NCBI GenBank assembly: GCA_964106645.2 | Contig: OZ067042.1 | Reading direction: 5' to 3' (one strand) | Length of the DNA: 64,000 bases | Origin: Podarcis pityusensis | Taxonomy: Eukaryota | Shown: positions 1-12,500 of the stretch, piece after piece | How the letters are laid out: every line of letters begins with the position of its first letter | Numbering within the stretch: the stretch's first letter is position 1 | Translations under genes and position numbers: made by a program | Notes under the pieces: model-generated | The model's input: only the letters and a program-made list of their open reading frames with translations | What the model was told of the DNA's origin: nothing | The model's database searches: none

Positions 1-66
1 AGCACCACAACCCCAGAGTCGTCTGCAACTGAGCTAACGGTCAGGGGTCCCTTTACCTTTACCTTT
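1..66 (+). mobile_element. 3' end of a Sauria-type SINE, truncated by the window edge
   Basis: ccccagagtcg...ggggtccctttacctttaccttt, with (ACCTTT)n tail; resembles the 3' end of the full copy at 47341-47710. Confidence 0.8.
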
Positions 67-3000
67 AATCCCTTGGGATCCAGCAAACCCCTTTCCTGAA
101 TGTAACCGTTATCATTTCCCCACGCACACCTATCTCTCTGTTAGCTTAAAAGGCCCTTCATCAAAGGCTCTTTCCTAGGAGCCCCTGCTTTTGGAGGCTA
201 GGTGGATGACAACCATTGAGATGGTTTTTAGCTTAGCACCTATCCTTAATTTTTTTAAGGCTTTTATAAACTGCAGTTGGGTTGTTTTAGTCTGTCCCTG
301 CTGCCTGTTGGTGCCACTGTGTTTTATCTTGTTTTTTATTGACTAGTGGTTGTTCTACCTTTCTATAATTTGAAGGGACTGTAATGCTGTCATGAGAATA
401 ATGTTTACAGGAAGTATGGCGTGTAGGTTGTCTATATTTCTTTGCCAACTGGATCAGGACTTTCTACCGGTTCTATACTTTATAATGCCAGTGATGATTC
501 TGGAAGCCAGTGCCCCCCTACACCATGTATTTCCTACTGGGTATAGCACTGCATACGACCAGAAATGTTTTCCAACACCTAATCATGTTCCAAGAAAATG
601 CTGATGAAAATACCAAAATACTTCAGTTCCTATTCAATGTGTAAAGTATCAGATTTCCTTGATCTAGGCTGCACAGATTATTATGACCTGACCAGTGCTG
701 GCAAAAACAATCTAACTTTTACCCCAAGACTTCTATAACCATGTTACTCTTAAAAAGATGAAATCATGTTTAGCACTCAACATCAACCTGACCTTTGAAC
801 ACATCAGTATTTCTTGGAAAATTATTATGGGCAGGATGCCTACCACAGTAAACAATATTAGCTGCTCCAACCCATTGTTGACTCATGCTGGGTTCTGGCT
901 TATCAAAATAAGAGGTTAGAAACCAGCAGGGACCAGAGATCTTCTGACAAACTCCACAGGATATGAAGAACAATGTAAATGCTCCAGCCTTGGCAGATAT
1001 ATTTCTACATTACTGTTCCAGAGATAACAGCTAAGGTGAATCATTTCCCACCACCTACAGTACCAAATGATTTCAAATTCTGAAGGGACCATATTTATTT
1101 CATTGGTAGCTAGCAATTTACTTACCCGAAGATCATTATATTTATGTGTCTGTGAAATCCTCACAATAATTATACATTTGAGCTGTCTCAGAAGTGCTAT
1201 ATATATTCTCATTAGTCATGTACTTCCAAGGATATTATCATTTTTCCTCCAACAACCTTTGCGATACAAGTGGAAAGGACTCTACTGCACATGAATCTGG
1301 ATTCTTATAGGCTTTAAAAAAAGCTTCTAGTTTAATCAAACAGCAGGGTAGCTCATATTCACATGCAAATGTTGGAAACAGTGTTGGGATAAAAGAACTT
1401 GATTTTTTTTCTAAATGACTTCACTGGTTGCATTTATTTAAAAACAAGTCACACTGCGTAATATGAGGGAGAGAATGTGAAGAAAGTTTTCATTCCGTAA
1501 TACTTTCAAAAGAGGTTATAGGAATAATTTGGATAAGGTTAAACTGATTGGCTGGGATCCATAAAGCCCTGTGCACAAATGAAAAGCACTTCCATGCATG
1601 CATGGTCTGTTTTTTTGTGAAGAGCTAATTTCCCATTCTAGTTGTAACCTCTTGTGCTGCATCATAACCCACTCTGGGGACCTCCTCAAGTTTTGGGTGG
1701 GGAGGGGAGCACCATGAGACTGAAGCATATCTAGGTGCTTACCTTGCATTCTTCTGATGGCCTTTTTTGGGAAGGGGGGGCGGTATGATCGATGTTATTC
1801 CTAGTTTTTTGAACCGCACTCCACTTTGACTATGTCTTGGAAGGAGAGCAACATGGCACAGAAGAATTGTGGCCACATTACCTCATGGGCGATTGCACAG
1901 TGCTGGCCTCCTGCTGGCCATAAAAATGGGCTCGTAATGGCAGGAGTGTTCATTTTCAATCACATTACTGAGACTTTGTTTCATTACTTATAGTTGTGCA
2001 TAAAACGTTACAATAGAATACACACTTACATGGGAGTAAGTCCCTTTGAACTCAAGGTAGTTTATTTCTGAGTAAACATGTGTAAGATTGCACTGAGTGG
2101 CAAACACCAAACAATTTTAAACTAGTTGTGTTGAGCTCAGATTTAGACTGCTTGTGCAGTGGTGCATAAAATATGAACATTAAAAGGCATAGTGACTGCT
2201 GAGAGGAAAGGAACACAGCAATGTTAGATTCTGGGGGAAATCCATCAGTGTGGTTTATTTGCATACTGGAATCAGAAGGGGATTGATTTTGCATGCTTAT
2301 TGATTTGGGTGTTTTTTGATTAATTATGAGTCTAGGACATATTCAGAGAGTGGACAAAGATTTGGCATCCCTTTAAAATCGAAGAAGTTTGAATTTATAG
2401 GCATTTCAGTTATGCAAATATGGGGATATACACATGCATTTTATTAGACTTTAGTTGTATCAAAGCCCCAAGAACATTGTGCTGTATACTCAGGATAATT
2501 TGGGGGCTATGCTTAATACAAAAATGCTGCATAACAATTACTTTCTTCTTCATTATGAATGATTTCCACTATATCACCTTGGACACGAGAACAAGCTTGA
2601 ATTCCCACCGCATGTAATTTATTATTACTGCTGTAGATATTGTTTTGTGTTAGAGTGCATAAAGTATTTCTAGAAATATATTGCAAAAAATCTACAGGGG
2701 AGGAAATGGCAAAATAAAACTGCTTCAGAAGTTATTGCGTTTTTATAATAGATCAGCACATTATTCCCATAGTAAAGCACTTTAAGAAAATAGGCTGGAC
2801 GTTTTCATCAGAAAAAGCTTTTTTGCAAGCACATTATATACAGACCTTGTGCTGATGACATGGTACACATATTTAACATAAATTACATACGTGAGATATT
2901 CAAGAATCTAGAGAATAAACTCTGGTGGTTTAAGATTATTATTTTTTAAAATAAAAAACCAATTTAAACTAGCCTGGAAGTTACACCATTTGGCTTCTAA

Positions 3001-4649
3001 GCCTTTCCCCTAATTCCAGATATGTGAGAGTTTACTATGACTCAATATGAGGAAAAGGGGCTCTGTACATGCTTAGAACCGTTTTCCTTTTTAGAGATGA
3101 GCTATAGCACTGAAAACAGAACCCATGTTGCCCTGGCTCAAATTAAAACAAAGGTAAATAAACCTAGAATTACAGTGCAATCTAATGCATATCTACACTT
3201 AGAAGTCCCACTTTGTTTGTGGATTTACTCCCCAATATGTGTGCATAGGGTTGCTTAGCCCATGTAGTAAACAGAGAGAAATCTTGTCTGCCATTTTTCT
3301 TACAGACTGAGTTCTAAACAATTTCAGCTTGAAGACTGTGAAACTGGAACCCAGCTCCATTTCCCACACCACTTTTTCAGAACTATGACTAAATCATTCC
3401 CTCTGCTTCCATATGAAAACAAACTCAGATTATTGGAATGGTCATATTGTTACACAAATTATGGGGCAACCTCATCATCAGGGTGCAGAAATATTTTGTG
3501 TTGGTTGAAAAAGTGATGGACATAGAGTTTGATTTCAAATAGTTACCTCTGCATGCCACATCTCGAGTCAAGAGGGGCAACAGGTAAGTCATGAGCAGTA
3601 GCCTAATTCCACTGGTGAGTTCCCTTAGAAAAATGCTTGGGGATCATTGTATATCAACTCAGCATTATTAGTATGATTACTAATTACAACAGCAATGATG
3701 GTGCAATGCCAACTCACTAAGCTCTCCTTTTAGAAATCAACATGGGTATTTCATTTCCCACCATGCTAATATAGGTGGTTCTCCTGCTGCTCCTCGGTAA
3801 ATTCAACATGCTCAACTTGCTGGATCCCACAAGACCAAAACTCAAGTTTACTAAATGTACAAAAGGCTTTACCATCATGTATACATTTATATGATAAACA
3901 GGAACCCACAATTACTCTTTAAATATATTAGAATTGGAAAATGTTTAAGAAATCTAGATTATGGAGAAGTAGATAGAGTTAACAAAGCTAGACTCTTTTC
4001 TTGCTGTTGCAAAACATGAATTTTGCTTTATTCACTTGTAACTCTAAACCCCAGATAAACATTACAAATGTAGCAAGAATGCATTTCTTCCTTCTGTAGG
4101 AGGACCAAGATTGCCCTCCTGAGTGTGCCAAACAGCATGGGGTACTTCACATATTATGTGATTGGCATGCACTTTACTTTGGAATCTGCTTGGGGATGAA
4201 ATTGTTGGCTAATGCTGTGGAAATTTTGATTCTGCAATAGACAGGCTGCTTTTATCTGCCTTGAAACAAGAAATCACTTTCTTTTAATGATGCCACGCTC
4301 TTGGCTTTGCCACTGTTTTAATGATGTCATTAATTGTTTTTTGTTTCAAAATGTTGTGCAACAGCACCCCAAGCATCTCGATAGGGGGCCCCTTTACAAA
4401 CAAAATCATCATCATCATTATTTCAGTAGCTACTGAGGAAATGTACTAAATTATTTTGGAAAACTTCCACAATAACTTATCTTGACATGACATTTCCACT
4501 GTGTATCGATGGAGGGAATTTTTATATGGATTGGGAAGAAGCTAATGTTGTACTGTTTACAGTATATTGTGATCCACCTTTACAAAAAAAAGTAAGGGCA
4601 AAATGTATCAACTGGCATTTAGATTATAAAGAGAGATGCATGTGATGCC

Positions 4650-5157
4650 TGTTGGGATTCAAGCCTTTATCAGGAGAAAATGGCCACTCTCCAGGCACCC
4701 GGCTTGATCTCCTGTTGACCTTCCTGTCTGCATTCCCCAGCAGGATACAGGCTAGGTCGCGATAGGCGATCCTTCTCAGTGTGAGAAGAACACACACCCT
4801 CTTTCCTGCCCCCCCGGGCAGGGGAGAGAGATAGACAGAAACGTATTTACATTCCTTTATTTCTGTCTTTGCAGCGTTACGAAAATCATGACTGCTCTCT
4901 TCAAGCTTCAGCAGTCGAGAGACAAACTCCTCCTGTACTTCCTGTACAGCTCATATTACACTCTGAGCTAATTCCGGTGCCCTCTGCACTGTGAATTGAC
5001 TGTCCCTCTGTTTCCCACGGAACAGTCCCAACATTCCCATTATGTTTTGCTTTCAAGCTACCAGCTCGCGGCCGCATTGCTTCTATATTGTAACATAATG
5101 GAATCGTCATGCTTGTGTACCTGCTTGCTATTTTGACATTTTATGGCTTCTGTTTCA
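4650..5157 (-). mobile_element. Probable solo LTR (ERV/gypsy-like), 508 bp
   Basis: TG...CA termini; 4-bp direct repeat TGCC at 4646-4649 and 5158-5161; minus-strand AATAAA at 4856-4861; more CpG than flanks. Confidence 0.55.
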
Positions 5158-6171
5158 TGCCATGGTAGGGTTTTTGGCTAAAGGTGTGAAATCCTTAACC
5201 TTATATGTATTAGAAAATTGTTGTCCTTTGAGTGTGACCAGGATGCTTGCATGCACAGCAATGATTTTCATATAGTAATATACAACCCACGAATCATTTA
5301 TGGAACCTTGAGGGTGAGTAACACCCAGTAGGTGTTGGCAGCTATGCTGCAGAACCAGCTAATGTGAAACTGCCAGGCCAATATTTTCAAAAAATAAATG
5401 ACACCATGGAGATGTGGTACATATATTATAAACTGTTACAGTGCCATGATATTTTGCAGTATGGCATCCATGTAGAGAGAGCTCTTGTGTTCCAGAATAA
5501 ATAATATTGCCACAAAATAAGTGGCACCAGGCCAATCTTAGGATGAGTTGTCATCCTGAATAGAGAAAAATATACATTTCATTCATAGGTCTCCTCAGCT
5601 AAAACATCTGAAAACTCCCAACTACGCAAAGTATCCTTTACAACTTTGCATGTAAGCAAATGGGGAAGGAGTATAGCAAGAGTTACACTGATATGCCTCC
5701 CGCTTTCCTCAAAGCTCTAAACAGCTTTAAAGATGATTGATCAGATGCTATCTTTACCGACACATCTCATCCTGCAGGGACATGACAGAGGCATGGGCAA
5801 CATCCCATGTATTCACACAGGTTGTTAAACCGATTGCCAGATGGAGGTAGAGATAGCTCAAACCTCGAGAGACAAGGTGAAAAATCTTGATGTTTTAGAG
5901 CGAAAACTAAAGTTATTTTATATTCAAGGCAAACATAAAATGTGTTTCCCTTTTCCAAATACACTGATCCTTTTTTAAAAATACAACACCCAGCTGTATA
6001 AATGCAACCACTCATCCAATTCCTGTTGCTTTAATGCCACTTAGCTTCTTAAAATAATTTCAGATCCAGGGGGGGAAAAGTAGAATGATAAAGGTGGTGT
6101 TTGCTAATCTTTAAAAGCCTATTGTAAATCCACACTGGAATGTGGTTTAGTAGCGTCTTCACATGGAAAAT

Positions 6172-6507
6172 TTATTCTGTTGAATGTTCAGCAGGTAAAA
6201 GTTGCTGAGGCTCAGAGAGAGAGCTTCTCTCAGGCCTGACAGGAGCTGAAATATTAGGAATGGCATGGCCTTTTGAAAACCACAGATAATCGTTTGCAGC
6301 TGAAGAATTTAAAGCAAAGGACCTATCTGCATGGCTTTTGGGAAATCGCCCCAGAATGGACCGCTTGGTATTTGGATACTCGACAAATGAAGTCTGATAA
6401 ATGGTATGCTTGTCAGTACTGCTTGGAATGGGTTCATGGGCCAAAAAAAGGTAGCTTTCTGAATGGTGTTGACATGTCTCGCGTTGAAATTTCCTTAGAC
6501 CTAGTCC
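6172..6507 (-). CDS. TEX36: TEX36 exon 4 (terminal coding exon)
   Basis: Acceptor tcttttag|GGA; GLGLRKFQRETCQHHSESYLFLAHEPIPS...TE*; TAA at 6172-6174. Confidence 0.9.
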   Translation of the reverse strand, partial: GLGLRKFQRETCQHHSESYLFLAHEPIPSSTDKHTIYQTSFVEYPNTKRSILGRFPKSHADRSFALNSSAANDYLWFSKGHAIPNISAPVRPERSSLSEPQQLLPAEHSTE

Positions 6508-9500
6508 CTAAAAGAGATGAAAGAAAACACATATACTTCAGGTTTTTCTCACTGTTTAAGGTAGCTAACAATATACCCTAATTACAGAACCATCACAGAA
6601 AGTTTTATTAGCATATTTGGGAGCGCATTTTGATAATTGCAGATAAACAATTAATTTCTAAAGATATCATTCTCATCTGATATACAGGAGAAGCGAATAC
6701 ACGTCAACAAACTTGAAGCACAGTTGTGTACATCACTGAATCAGGGAACCAAGGCCAATTTAATTTTCCATAGTGAAAAAAGATGTAGAGTTGCCTCACT
6801 CAGTGTGAAGTAGACACAAGTATACACTGTGGGTGGAATTCAACTAATTTCTATGCAGAGTAAACCTACTGAAATGAATAGACCAAACTTAGTCATACTC
6901 ATTAATTTTGATGAGTTTACTCTAAGTAGGCCTAGCATTGAACTCCACCCTACATTTTAATGCTGACCTGCTTCTACAGCAATGTGTGAGGTAGCCCTTA
7001 CTGACACCATTGAGTCTGACATTTTGATCAAGGTTAGGCTCGACAGCTATATAATTCATAAAAGCAAGCATTTATTTCCATTCTTCTGATTAAGGACACT
7101 TATTGTGCACTTCTAAGAGCTATGTTAAGGGCAAGCAATCTGTCTTAAATGTTGCAACGAGACAAGATATAAACATAAATAAACAAGCAAACCCGTTAAA
7201 ATTTATCACACTTTAGCATTGCATCAGACTGCTCTCTGGAGGAAGTGATGGGACCAATAAACTGAAGCTGAATACCCAAAAGACAGGTGTAGGTAGGTTG
7301 TCCTTAAAGCCAGGAATTTGGTAGATGGCCTATTATGGCGAGAGCTGCAATCCTTCTGATGGAACTTGTGCACAATATGTGGGTGTTCTTGGTCTCATCT
7401 TTGTTAGTGGAAGCTAGTGTATGGCTGATCTACTCTCTAAGGCCACTCCTGGACAGATAGCTCAGCCACAGTGACCGGGTAACTTCCAGAATACTTAATA
7501 TGCTCTACCTGGAGCTGCCTGTGAAAATGATTTGTGAACTGTAGCTGGTACAGAATTCTGTGACAATAGTATTGACTCATTTGTCTAGTTGTACTCTTAT
7601 AAAACCCATTTTGAAGAACCTACATTGGCTGCCTGTCTTATACTGAGCCAAAGTTTTGAAGCCACTTAATAACGCTCCAAATTACTTAGGACCTAGGTTC
7701 ATCTCCCTGTAAATTGCACCTGGCCATTAAGATTTGCTGGGGGTGCCTACTTGTCAGACCATCTTTGAGTGATGGTCATACCTCTACAACTAATGAAAAG
7801 GCCTTCCCAACTATGTAATGTCCTATATCTGGAAAGCTAGATGGTGCTACTACTGGTTGTAGGTACCAGCTAAAAACTTTTTAGCCCAGCTTCTAATTAA
7901 GTAGGATCTTGATGCATTAGACAAATTATTTTTCTAGTAAGGAGCAGCAGAGGTTATTCTGATTGATTTTATGTTGCTTTAATCGTTTTGTTTAAATTGC
8001 TATGTCTTATCTATGTATTTTTATCTGTTTGTCATCAGTTCTGCCTTTCACTCTTTTTTACATCAATTCTACTATCATTTGAAAGTGGGATACTACAAAA
8101 GGGAGAATGAATTTGCTCACTTGGAAAAGAGACAGCAACTCTTAAAAGAAAGAGCCCCTTGCCCCAAGCAAAAAACACAATACTTACAGAATCCAAGTAC
8201 TCTCCGACATTCAATAAACAATGTCTATTATCATGGATTGAAAATGGAAATGTGTTTACTGGTTTCTAAAAATAGAAACAAGAAAAATATAATAATTGTT
8301 ATGCATGTGCAGTATTGCTGTAGCTTTCATATTCAACAAAACCCAATATTACATTCATGTAAACATGCCTATATGTAATGTGTTTCTTTGTTGGTAGTTT
8401 GTTAGTAAAGAATACAGATTGATTACATTATACACTAAATTTATAAGAGAATTTAATCTCTCCTAGTCATCTACACACTTACATAAGTACCCAAACTTTT
8501 GAATTAGATCAGTTTTATTTATAGAGGCACAAATTTTTAGACAAATACCAAGATTTCTTTTAGTGCTGAGTCTACAGCTAATGAAAGCTGGACTTCAAAA
8601 GGAAACTCGTAATTGAATCAACTTGAGATTTATGAGCTCAGTGCCACCCACTGAGAAGATGCTATATATTATATGCTATATATTATATCAAATTACCGAC
8701 TATATATTGAAAATGGCTAAGTCTCAAATATAGCAAGCACAAGTACACATGTTAAATTTTATTACAGTTAGTTTCCAATTTCTGGCATCTCATATTAAGC
8801 GACAGCCAGGAAAGCTAGTCTCTAAAGATTTTCTGTGATCTAGTGAAGTGAAAGCCAACTGCCTCCTGCAGACTCAACAAAATGCAAATAAAGAACAAAA
8901 CAGTTTTAAGAGTCTTAATTCGGAACTACAGAGTTAGAGGGAACCAAATAGCCAAGTAGTGCAGCACCCTGCTACAAAATCCTTAATTTGGGGGAGGAAA
9001 AGAACAAACGAGACAATTTATCCAGCTCACAGCCCCTCCCATAATTTATCATGAGATGAAAGACCACAGCTAGTTTGCACTTTTATGTTTCAAAATAACT
9101 TTTAAAATGGCTGTTTCTAGCTATTTGCTATTTCTTGCTAGCAGGACCCCCCAAAAGTAAGTTTCGCCTTGTAATAAAAAATCATTGCAATGTATTTCCA
9201 AAACCCACTTATTCTCATTCCATTTCTTTCCCACTGAGATTGGCTGGACTGTGAGCTTGCTGTTGTAGTATATATGTATCTTGTAGTATATGTATGTAGT
9301 CCTCTCCCTTGCAAAATGTACACTTCCATCACACAGACATTGGTACAGAGTTGGTGCATTGATGCCTCTGTGGAATCACTGATAGTGTTGTGTGAGACTT
9401 GGTTTTTCCTAGGAGGCTTGTTGCCTATGTGTTCCCCATGTTCTATGGTCCTGTACTATAGAACTGACTGCTATGATTAGGTTAGAACTCTCTCCTTCCC

Positions 9501-12500
9501 TCTGTGGTCCTGGATTTTTACCTGGCAAAAGGGATGTAGCAAATTAAGCTAGTGCCATCAGTATTTGGAAAGCTACAGGATTCAAACTGTAGTCTGCAGG
9601 AAATATTGTAGCATGAGAAATCAATTATTGCTCTTCTATCCATTGCAATCCATGGACTTTCAGCATAGGCATGGGAGCAAGGCAGCAAGCAAGCAAGATG
9701 ACTGACAACTAGATTACTGACCAGCAGGGAAGTTCTCCAGTGCTACTGGAATTAATACATAAGAGAGCCAAGTGTTGAACAGCAGCCTGTCTAGATGATT
9801 GATAAGGAACAAACCCTTACAGTTGTTCCACAAACAGCTTACAGGCAGCAACTGAGGGTTTTTGTTGTAAGCAGCATTCGAAACTCCCATTGTTCTAGGC
9901 GCATTTTGCAACTGGGAATTGAATTAGCGTGAGCAATTTCTGAGCTCTGGGTGCAGTACTGCACCTAAGATTTCAGATTACAGCTGCCACTGCTGGCGCT
10001 GGGGGCGTTGGAGAAGAAATTCTTGCCGGCTCGACTTCCAAGATCACTGCAGCGTCAGGCAAGCTGATAGGTTCTGCCTCTCAGCTGGCCTTACAGAAAG
10101 GCAGCATTTTGTGGGACCTTCATAAGAATATTAAGGGTGCGCGCATGGGAAGCATGACTATGTTTTTTGCTGTGAGGACTAGATTATGTGAAAAATGAAC
10201 ATAAGATTTTTGGCTGCAGTTCATTCACTTTCAGCTTTGTATTCTTGTTATTAAAAAGTGCACCTAGACATTCCGTTGTGGCGCCCACAACCTAGGTTTA
10301 AGGTGCCATTTAGCTCCTAGTTTCTAACACTGGTAGTAAGACTGGCGTACTAACGAGGTCTTGATTCTAAGCATATCTTAACAATGAATTCCTGCACTGT
10401 TTAGCTTGAGCTTTCACCTTTATTCATTCCCATTTCTGTTCTTGAGATCCCAGAGAAGACTGTGAAGGGTCCAGAGCCAGGTGGTAAATTTAATTGGGAT
10501 GCATCAGGTCCCCTGATTCTGCAGGTTTCCTGAACAAGTGTTTTCCTTCAGTGAAGTGTTGGGGTTTCCTACAGGAGGCCCTGACCCCTCTGGTATGTGC
10601 TGCATCTGATGAGGTTTCACTTGATTGTGGCACTGGAGGTACACGGATCTTGACATATGGAAGCTGAACTGGGCATTGCATTGTCGGCTCTTCCTGGATG
10701 ATTCGTGTATGGGATTTTGTTTTTACATGTGAAGGTGTGTGGACCATCACCATGCAGTGACTTGTGCCTTCTGCGCCCATCTAATGTGGCTATGGTTGGT
10801 GCACAATAGTAACATTTATGGGGGGGGGCTGTGGCAATTTCTGGGGGGCCCTGTGGCAATGGCTTCTGGTGCTGCCATGTTATCTCTTGCTTATTCATAT
10901 ATTATTTTGCTTTTTACTTTACTGCTGGGAGGGCAACAAAACTGCAAAGGCAGATGTTGGTTTTGCTGTAGGGTCAGTCTACTAATAACAATTCTTAAAA
11001 TTTTCTAAGAAGTCAATAGCATTCCAACATTATATTTTGATTGTTTCAACTGCAAAAATGTTTGGTTATAATTGCGAATATTGTGCACACGAAAAATTTA
11101 TTTATCTGAATATTGCCGGCTTCCCCTATTTCAGCCTGCCAGATTGACAGAATTCCAGAAATAAAGAGTTTCTGTTCTCTAACATGCATTGGAAAGCAAA
11201 GATCAGATAACACATTTAACTGAGAAACCTTTCTTTCAGGCCCCACCTAACACTTCTCAGCATATTCTCTATTTTAGACCATGAGTCTGGTTTTACAATT
11301 TTCAAAGAAGGATCTAGGTAAACCGAAAAAAATGACAAGATCTGCTCTGCCAGCCTAGATATCTACCCTAATACCACTGTAATCGATGACCAGAATTAAC
11401 TGATAGAAGATGTCAAAAATTTCAGAGATCCTTTTTTTTTTTAGATCCACCGAGTGCAGTTATATCCACGAACATTTCTAGGCCCTCTAACACATAACTA
11501 AAGGACTTATTTAAAATGTACTATGGGAAATACCAGGATTCAAAGAGCTACTTTAGGCATCCCCAAGGACTTGGGTACACCCTGGGGAATTTTTGACTTT
11601 TTCTTTTTCTTTGAACAGATCCCCATGTCATATTACAAACGGCTTTTGAAAGTCCCCTCAGTTTTAAAAACTGCTTGCTATGCAGGCTGTTTTATTTTGT
11701 TTTTTGGGAAATACAAGTATAAATGCCCCTTGGGTACATGGAACTAGTTCCACCTTTGGACCCCAGTTTATGTATGTAGTAAGTGAATTCACTCAGTCTT
11801 AACGATTAAATAATTCAGCTATACTTGAAACCATTTGCAAGACTGCAACAAAAGTAAGAACAATGTGATACAACTAAGGAAATGCTGTAGTGCTCCCTCT
11901 AAGCAAGTTAATTAATCTCACAGCTAGAGTGGTGCCTCACAGGGAGAGATTAGACAGTCAGCTGTTGCCCACAGTTAGCTTCCAGTTTCTTTTAAACTGG
12001 AGAAAAGCCTTCTCCAGCAGTTATTCAAAAATTGTTCAAGTAAAGTCAAGTCTCTCACACTGTGTTTTTGTGACATCATATACCACCTAATGGCAATCTG
12101 CTCATTCTGACATGTCTATTTTAGTTCATCATAAAAGGATCATACATACTTCTCAGAATATTCCTAAACAGTGGAAAAAACAAACAAACAACAGAAATAA
12201 ATAGATGTCACACTAATTAAAGCCAGATCAGAACATAATAGACCAATGGCTTAATAGCCTCTTTTAATCAGTGGCCAAAATGACAGATGGTTTAGAAATA
12301 TAAATCCCCCTCCACCCTCAGACACAGATCTTTAGCCTTTTGCTCTATTCCTGTTTCTAAAACATGGTTGCTGTTACCGTGAGCTCAGTAAACACCAGAC
12401 TAAGAAAGAATCCAATTAAACTTAACATGTAGTAGGTTGGAAACAAAAAAACAAAAAACTGTTTTTTATTCTCAAAGAGAACTATCCTGTGAAAGGTTGC

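Noticed and set aside
392-4000. Short ORFs of 64-98 aa at the window start
   Set aside because: No recognisable domains, no splice-consistent chain; expected by chance in AT-rich intergenic DNA.
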